Assembly: GCA_050575255.1 (NCBI GenBank)
Contig: JBNZDD010013714.1
Location: 2,545,044-2,609,043 of the forward strand
DNA: 64,000 nucleotides
Source of the DNA: Harriotta raleighana
Lineage: Eukaryota
Direction of reading: 5' to 3'
Shown here: positions 57,248-64,000 of the stretch, in pieces
How the letters are laid out: each line of letters begins with the position of its first letter
Position numbering within the stretch: the stretch's first letter is position 1
Notes under the pieces: model-generated
The model's input: the letters and a program-made list of their open reading frames with translations, nothing else
Database searches by the model: none
Told to the model about the DNA's origin: nothing
Position numbers and translations under genes: made by a program

Positions 57248-58451
57248 TCATTAAATACAGAGTCAATCCAGTTTACCATATATTCTGTGAAGCGTTTTGA
57301 GTCAGCTCAATGATGCGATGAGGCACTATAGCAGAGCAGTTATTAGCCTGGGTTGATTAGCGTTGTAATCTCTCGAGTCTCTGACTTTGCCTTGGAGGAC
57401 ATCTCCGCTTGTCAGCTCCTCAAGCAGCCACTCACATGAACAGGCCGTGCTTTTCTTCCAGTACTATGTGGTGTCGATGTGATGCGAATCAAGACCAGCT
57501 TCATAGATGTGCATTATCTGGCAGCCAGCTGTGACTCATTTACCCTGGGAGATGCAGTGTTGCGGTGGGGGAGATATGCGTACATGGAGAATTCTCTTTC
57601 ACTGGGAGCAAGGTAGCATTAGTCACACTCCCGGGGATAGGACTGCTGCTGACTAGGCATAGCTAATCCCAGTTCGCCTCATGTTTATAACCTGAAGGTC
57701 ATTCATCTCCCGGTGGCATTCTCGTAACTATGAGGAACTGTTTGTTAATTCAACGTGTTCGTGCAGAATGATACCAAATGCATCCTATGTAAATAAAATC
57801 CATTACACGACGAATGAGCCTGAATATTTTTGGGGGTGTGTAAGTTTAAAATGTGTGTAATTTACCCGTGGCTCTGGCATGGTATCTGGCCCCCTCTCCC
57901 TGGAGGGTTGCATCTCACTCACTTAATTAATTTCGACAACAACAAAATTACACTTGAATAGCACCTTTCATGTCAGAAGGACATCCCAAGGCACTGGACA
58001 GTCACTGCTTCAGACCCGAGCTGAGGACAGGTTGGGGGGGAGGAGAGAAGAGGGGGAAGATTAGGAGTTGCCGATGGGTCCATTGACGAGTGTTAGGCGC
58101 AGGTTAGTAAGAGCTGAAGCTTGGAGACCCGACAGGGCGTGTTAGGGGCTACTGTAGGTGTTCAATCCTAAACCACACAGAGCAAGATGATCTGTATGGT
58201 CGAGATCCCATATCTGGGCTCTGTGAGCTATTCTTAGATGTGGTGGGGGTCTTTGCTTCACATACCCCACCACCCCCCACACCAAACACACACACTTCTC
58301 TGACACATTCATGCCTCCTCCCCTCACACCTTTGTTATACAGTTCTAGTTACTATTGCAACACAGTTATTACCCCAAAAAAATTTGCCACCTATTTGCCA
58401 ACAAAATAAAAAGTCAATTCACCTTACAATACACCCAGAGAAACACTTTTT

Positions 58452-58940
58452 GTGGAGTCCTGTGGCTCAGTGGTTAGAGCACTCGCCTTTCAAGCGTGTT
58501 AGAATCCATGCAGGTCAGGGCGAAACCTTGGGCAAATTTTGTTACTCCACACGCCTAATAATCCTCCAAAAAAAGCAATAATTGGTCATTTTCAACCCAC
58601 GACTGTTTGTGGGTCACTGCCGTGTGCAATTAGCTGCCGTGTTTCACCCACAAATATACAATCAATTCACTTTACAGTATATTCTATGAAGCGCTTTGAG
58701 ACATCTAGAAGGCGTGAAAATAATAATAATAATAATCCTTGCATTTGATGTAGCGCTTTTCATCGCTAGACACCTCAAAGCGCTTCACAGAATATACTGT
58801 AAAGTGAATTGACTGTATATTTGTGGGCGAAACGCGACAGTCAATTGCGCACAGCAGCGTCCCCACAAACAGTCATGGATTGAAATGACCAATTATTGTT
58901 TTTTTAATATCAAATGCAAGGATTATTATCATTATTATTA
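58452..58940. mobile_element. + strand SINE with a - strand SINE fragment nested in its tail
   Basis: + copy 58452-58720 and 58906-58940 interrupted by an inverted copy ~58721-58905. Confidence 0.8.
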
Positions 58941-59039
58941 CTAACTGTAGTATAGATGTAAATGGTTATTTTATACATATATATATATATAAAGCTTTGC
59001 ATTGTTTAATTGATGTTTTTATGTTTCTAAAAAAAACTT

Positions 59040-59418
59040 TTCCTCCCCCAAAAAAGACAGCCTCGAGAAGTTGTTGGGGGAATATCTGAAATCAGAGAGA
59101 GGGTGTGTGTGTGTAAGGGTATGTGGATGTGTGTGAGTAATGCTGGAGGAGAGAGATTGAGAGAGAGAGAGACACACACACAGAGCTGTGACCTTCCCAG
59201 TCTGTTGTTCATTCTCTCCTTTACTGAGGAGAGAGGAGGAGGGAGAGGGTATTGATGATCTCAGCTGAGTCCCTCCTGCCTTATTACAGTCGCAGAGAGA
59301 GAGAGACACACACACAGCAGAGAGAGAGAGCCAAGTGCTGAGAGCAGTTCTAAAGCTCTAATCAGTGGCTTGTGTCTCTCTCTCTCGGTGGGACCTGTGT
59401 GGGAGGCAGTGCTTGGAC
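59040..59418 (+). promoter_or_regulatory. Putative SLC9A5 promoter / 5' UTR, rich in GA, GT and CA repeats
   Basis: TE-free, dinucleotide-repeat-rich sequence immediately upstream of the ATG; TSS not determinable. Confidence 0.35.
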
Positions 59419-59789
59419 ATGATGCTCTGTGTGTACCTGCTGCCCTGTGTGGCTGTGCTCTGCGCTGCTCAGACTGTGCTGGGGGCACCTGGGGGAGACG
59501 GGGTCTCTCCCTCCCCGGGTTGCCCGGCCACAGAGGGGCCAGACAGCCAGGGGGCAGCCTGTGGGCAAGCCCAGGGGGGGGCTGCTGCCGAGTTCGAGGT
59601 AGTCAAATGGCAATGGCATCACGTCCANTTGCCCGGCCACAGAGGGGCCAGACAGCCAGGGGGCAGCCTGTGGGCAAGCCCAGGGTGGGGCTGCTGCCGA
59701 GTTCGAGGTAGTCAAATGGCAATGGCATCACGTCCAAGGACCTTACCTGGTGGCTGTGTGGATACTGATAGCCAGTCTGGCCAAGATCT
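59419..59789 (+). CDS. SLC9A5: Sodium/hydrogen exchanger 5 (NHE5), coding exon 1; contains an assembly duplication at N59628
   Basis: Signal-like MMLCVYLLPCVAVLCAAQTVLG, then EFEVVKWQWHHVQGPYLVAVWILIASLAKI with T|gtgagt donor. WQWH..PYLVA matches NHE5 better than NHE3, and synteny with FHOD1 agrees. The frame is restored by removing one copy of 59520-59627. Confidence 0.85.
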
Positions 59790-59794
59790 GTGAG

Positions 59795-59938
59795 TACTGC
59801 ACTACACTACACTGCACTGGACTGCACTACACTGGACTACACTGCACTGAACTGCACTACACTGGACTGCACCACACTGCACTACACTGGACTGCACTAT
59901 ATGACATGGACTGCACTACACTACACTACACTGCAATG
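59795..59938 (+). repeat. Pentanucleotide tandem repeat (ACTGC/ACTAC/ACTGG)n
   Basis: Starts directly after the SLC9A5 exon-1 donor. Confidence 0.85.
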
Positions 59939-61897
59939 GATGTGACGGTTAATGAGACTCCTTCAGTCACTCCCTGCTCCAGAAACCTTTGGAACTCTCT
60001 CCCTCAATCCCTGCGCTCTCTTACACCCCCTCCACCCTCCCTCGCTCCCTCTCTCTTTTAGATCATAACTCAAGACCTTCCTGTTTGACCATGCTTACCG
60101 TCACCTCCGACCTCCCTGCCCTCACCCCCCCCCCCGCCCCCCCCGGCTCGACCTCAGACTCCGTCACTGTTTAGCGCTCCGAGACGCCACCCCACTTGAA
60201 GGACGTGGCGTAAAGCTCTTCAAGGTGGATGATTACAGAGCCAGCAGTGCTAGAAAAGGGAGGGTTTCATTCCCTCTCCTTTTCTGCCAGTGTCCTACCC
60301 AACAATTCCCTCCCCTCCAAATAAAATCAGTCGCTCTCTCTATGGCTATCTGTGGGTCATTGCTGTTCCCCAAACTGATTGCAGTGTGTCACCNGCCCCA
60401 CTTGAAGGACGTGGCGTAAAGCTCTTCAAGGTGGATGATTACAGAGCCAGCAGTGCTAGAGAAGGGAGGGTTTCATTCCCTCTCCTTTTCTGCCAGTGTC
60501 CTACCCAACAATTCCCTCCCCTCCAAATAAAATCAGTCGCTCTCTCTATGGCTATCTGTGGGTCATTGCTGTTCCCCAAACTGATTGCAGTGTGTCACCT
60601 ATAAAATATACAGTCACTGTACTTTACAGAATATCCTGCGAAGCACTTTGTGACACCTCAACAACGTGATAAGACGCTACATCAGATGCAAGGGTTATTA
60701 TTTTTTATTATACTGTAAATATTTTTACAAGTGTAACCCAAATTTTTGTGTTTTTTTACAAATAAAGCTGTGGATCAGATAACAAAACTTTATTTTGTCC
60801 ATCTTATGGAATTCTATCCAGTTATGTCTGTTTTCTTGAGATCAGCAATAATGATTATTATTGTATTTGATATTTATTTAGTAATGTTTACATTTAGTGT
60901 GTAAGCTCCTTTCGTGTTGGGGACTGGTGATGTCGTCACTGCCCTTTAGTGTAGAGACTGTGTATTTTGTAGGTGAACGTGGCAGCTAACTTGCCTGCTG
61001 CAATGTCCCACAAACTGCAATGGAGCGAGTGAACAATTTTATCTTCACAATTAATAATTATTGACCAGCAACCATCCCTTCTTGGGAGAAACTGCTTCTC
61101 TTTTCGAATAGGGTCAGGGGATCGCTCACGTCCACCTGAGCAGGCAGATGGGACCTCGGTTTAACATCTGATCTGATCTGAAGTACTGTATCTCCGACAA
61201 TACAGCTCTCCCCCAACACTGTATTGGAATCTCATGATGGATCAGTAAACTCGGAGCCAGCTTTTTGCCTTTGATCTCATGAGTTGAGAATTCAGGATTA
61301 ACCTGGGAGGTGTGATTGTATTTGTTCACACTTGTCACTGCTGTCCACACCTGATAATGTGAGGCTCTGTGTGCAGGTGAGTGTCCGTCCCTGAACCAGC
61401 CTCATCAGAGACTTGTGAAGCCTGTATTTGCAATGTGGCATTGTCAGTGTGGTGGCAATCTGTGACTGCTGCTCCCTCTGCTCAACAAACATCAGCTTGT
61501 TCCATGTTCCCTTCCGATCCGCCCCACCGTTGGTGGGTGGGTTTTCAGCCATTCTACCCCCCACTCTCTGGAGCTCCAGCATGCAGTCCCTCTGTCCGCT
61601 CCCCCTTCTCTCCCTTACAGCCTTCCTTAACAACTATCTATAATCTTGGTTTTCACTTTCAGTCAGCTTTCCCCAACCTACCCCACTATATTTTGTAGGC
61701 GAGTGCCCGCCATAAGAGTATAATCTACAGTGTAATTTTGTTGTTGGTCTTTGTTATAAAAATATGATAATAGTAATAATCCTTGCGTTTGACATAGTGC
61801 CTAAGTATCACGCCCTTGAAATGTCTCAAAGCACTTCACAGGATATACTGTAAATTGAAACAAATACAGAAGTTGCTGGGAACACTCAGCAGGTCAG

Positions 61898-62500
61898 GCA
61901 ACAACAACAACTTGCATTTATATAGCAATCCTTTTCACACTCCGTTTTAGTCAAGCGCTCGCCAGGTGGCGCTTAAGAGAGCTTGACAATGGCGGAGCCA
62001 GAGACCAAGCCAGGGGGTGGGGAAAGGTGGCCCTAAGTGTGGTTGAAGAGAAAGGTCTTCAGTCACGACCTGAAGATGGGAAAGAAGGGGGTGAGGCAAA
62101 GGGGGTGAGGGGAGGAGGCTGGACCCAGTAGAGCAGAGGCAGTGAGCACACTGTGAGGAGAGAGGAGCTTGGAGAGGTAGATTTAAACACAAGAGTGAGG
62201 ATCTTGAAGTGAAGTTAATCCGCTCTATGACAGGGAGTCAATGGAGTTTGGCAAGGATTGGGATAATCAGGGTACAAAGTTTGGTGTAGGTGAGAATGCG
62301 GGCAGCGGAGATTTGCATGAGTTGAATGAGGATGGTGAAGGAGGGGAGACCAGCGAGGAGGGCATTGGAGTAGTCCAGCCAAGAGGTGACAGGATTTCGG
62401 CAGCTTTTGGGGTGAGATATTGGGGGAGACGGGCAATGTGGTGGAGATAGAAGAAAACGGCGCTGGTGAGGGACCGGATGTGGGGGAGGAAAGATCTCGG
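61898..62500 (-). mobile_element. L2 LINE 3' fragment
   Basis: VTSWLDYSNALLAGLP..QLMQISAARILT..PILAKLH on - strand; (CAA)n tail. Confidence 0.85.
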
Positions 62501-63447
62501 CCTCCATCCTGGCTGGCGAAAGTGCCACCTTTCCCCATCCCCTGGCTTGGTCTCTGGCTCCGCCATTACTGTAAAGTGAATTGACTGTACACAGTACTTC
62601 TGTGGGCAAAACACAGCAGCCAATTGAATGGGATTGTCTTCTCCACCGGATGCACTGAGTTTCGTGTCTCTGCTAACTGTTTTTGTCTCATTAACCCCAC
62701 CCCGGCAAATGGCAGCTACTTTGTCGATCTACATGAGAGACTGAGAGCTGGATGTCAGCTTGGTGGTGTAGCAGTGAGAAAATGGAGTTCATGAAAGTCA
62801 AATTAGATATTAGTTTGGACCAAGTCGGATTGAGATTAAACGGCTGTCTAGGCTGTTATTACAAACCCATTGACGAACGCCAGGAATAAAGCCCTGTACA
62901 AATCTGTGATCACTCTTCCGATGTTGACTAAAATGGAGTGTGAAAAGGATTGTATTGGTCAGGATGAGTTTAGCGAATTGACTCCTCATTTGTTGTGTCG
63001 ATGATTATTCAAGTATGACAGTCATGATGAATTTTAGGATGGATTTATTCTTGATGCTGTTTCTAATGAGACAACACGCTAGAAGACAGACGTTTCAGCT
63101 CCTCCAATATTGTATTCAATAGAACAACCTAGGTTCAACTACAAATTATAGTCATTATACTTACAGTAAAATCCTGTGAAGTGCCTTGAGATGTTTCAAT
63201 GCTTTAATTAAGGCTCTGTGTCAAAGGCCAGGATACTGGGTTCATTTATTAAATGGTTTGATGCTATAATGAAACAAGGCTGCTTATTGGTATTCTGAAG
63301 CACTGTGGAACAAGAGAAGGGAGTTTCTCTCTCTCTCTCTCTCTCTGTCTCGGTGTCCTGGCCAACAATCCGCCAAATAAGATTGGTTGTTCGTTTCATG
63401 GCTGTTTGTGAGGCATTGCTGTGCGTGTGCTATCATGTTTGCCTACA

Positions 63448-63575
63448 AGAACATAAGAATAAGGAGCAGGAATAGGCTATTTGGCTCCTCAAGCCTGGCC
63501 CCGCCATTCAATAAGATCATAGCTGATCTTCTCATCTAACTCCACCTGCCCATATCCCTTAATCCCTTTATCCAC
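63448..63575 (-). mobile_element. CR1 LINE 3' end fragment
   Basis: AAGAACATAAGAA..GGAGCAGGA..CCCCGCCATTCAATAAGATCATAGCTGATCTT, the reverse of the CR1 tail. Confidence 0.75.
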
Positions 63576-64000
63576 AAATCCGCAGTCACCTCATTTCAGA
63601 GTAAATCTTGTGAAGCACTTTGAGACGTCCTTCGGTCATGATTAGACACTACACCAAAAGCCAGTATTATTATTATGTTTATTATTCATTAAACCTCTCG
63701 CGGGTATCTATGGAACACTTTGATCAGCTACCAGAAAGCGTTTGAGCAGCTTCACTCCTTTGTGGCTCACTTATTACCACTGGGCAAGTGGTGAGTGTCT
63801 ATTCTCTTGTGTTTTTTTCCTCCCACCAAGTGCTCTGCACCTGGGCCACTTAGTTGAGAGACCAAACTGTCATTGCGTTTGAGACAAATTATCATCTTAA
63901 AGTTCAAACTTTGCATAAATCGTGTTCAGTGGCTAATCTGCTCTGAGGTTATATCATCAGGAACAGGAAGGAATCTGATTTGTTTTCGCTGAAGTTCCAT

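Noticed and set aside
60191-60598. ~200-bp tandem duplication
   Set aside because: Centred on N60394 with one substitution; unmerged haplotype or contig overlap.

Overview
Eukaryotic (vertebrate) genomic DNA. The repeat complement (tRNA-derived Deu-domain SINEs, L2 and CR1 LINEs) and compact introns suggest a cartilaginous fish, possibly a chimaera; this is inference. The window holds most of a + strand formin gene, FHOD1: about 21 coding exons from 573 to the stop at 49830, covering GBD/FH3, linker, FH1, FH2 and DAD, with the 5' exons upstream of the window. About 9.6 kb later, on the same strand, is coding exon 1 of a Na+/H+ exchanger, most likely SLC9A5/NHE5 (ATG 59419, donor after 59789). 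Introns and intergenic DNA are dense in SINEs, LINE 3' fragments and hAT-like MITEs, and carry a degenerate tRNA-Leu(CAG). Seven single-N junctions with flanking duplications are assembly artefacts, and one breaks SLC9A5 exon 1. Most ORF-track entries are spurious. I see no prokaryote-type system. The most notable items are a hAT-MITE insertion hotspot inside Deu-SINEs, a CpG/YY1-headed composite retroelement, a tRNA-Leu abutting a SINE, cassette and micro-exons of FHOD1 including a GC donor, and the tandem FHOD1-SLC9A5 orientation. Protein and repeat identifications rest on my recall of the families, not on database searches.
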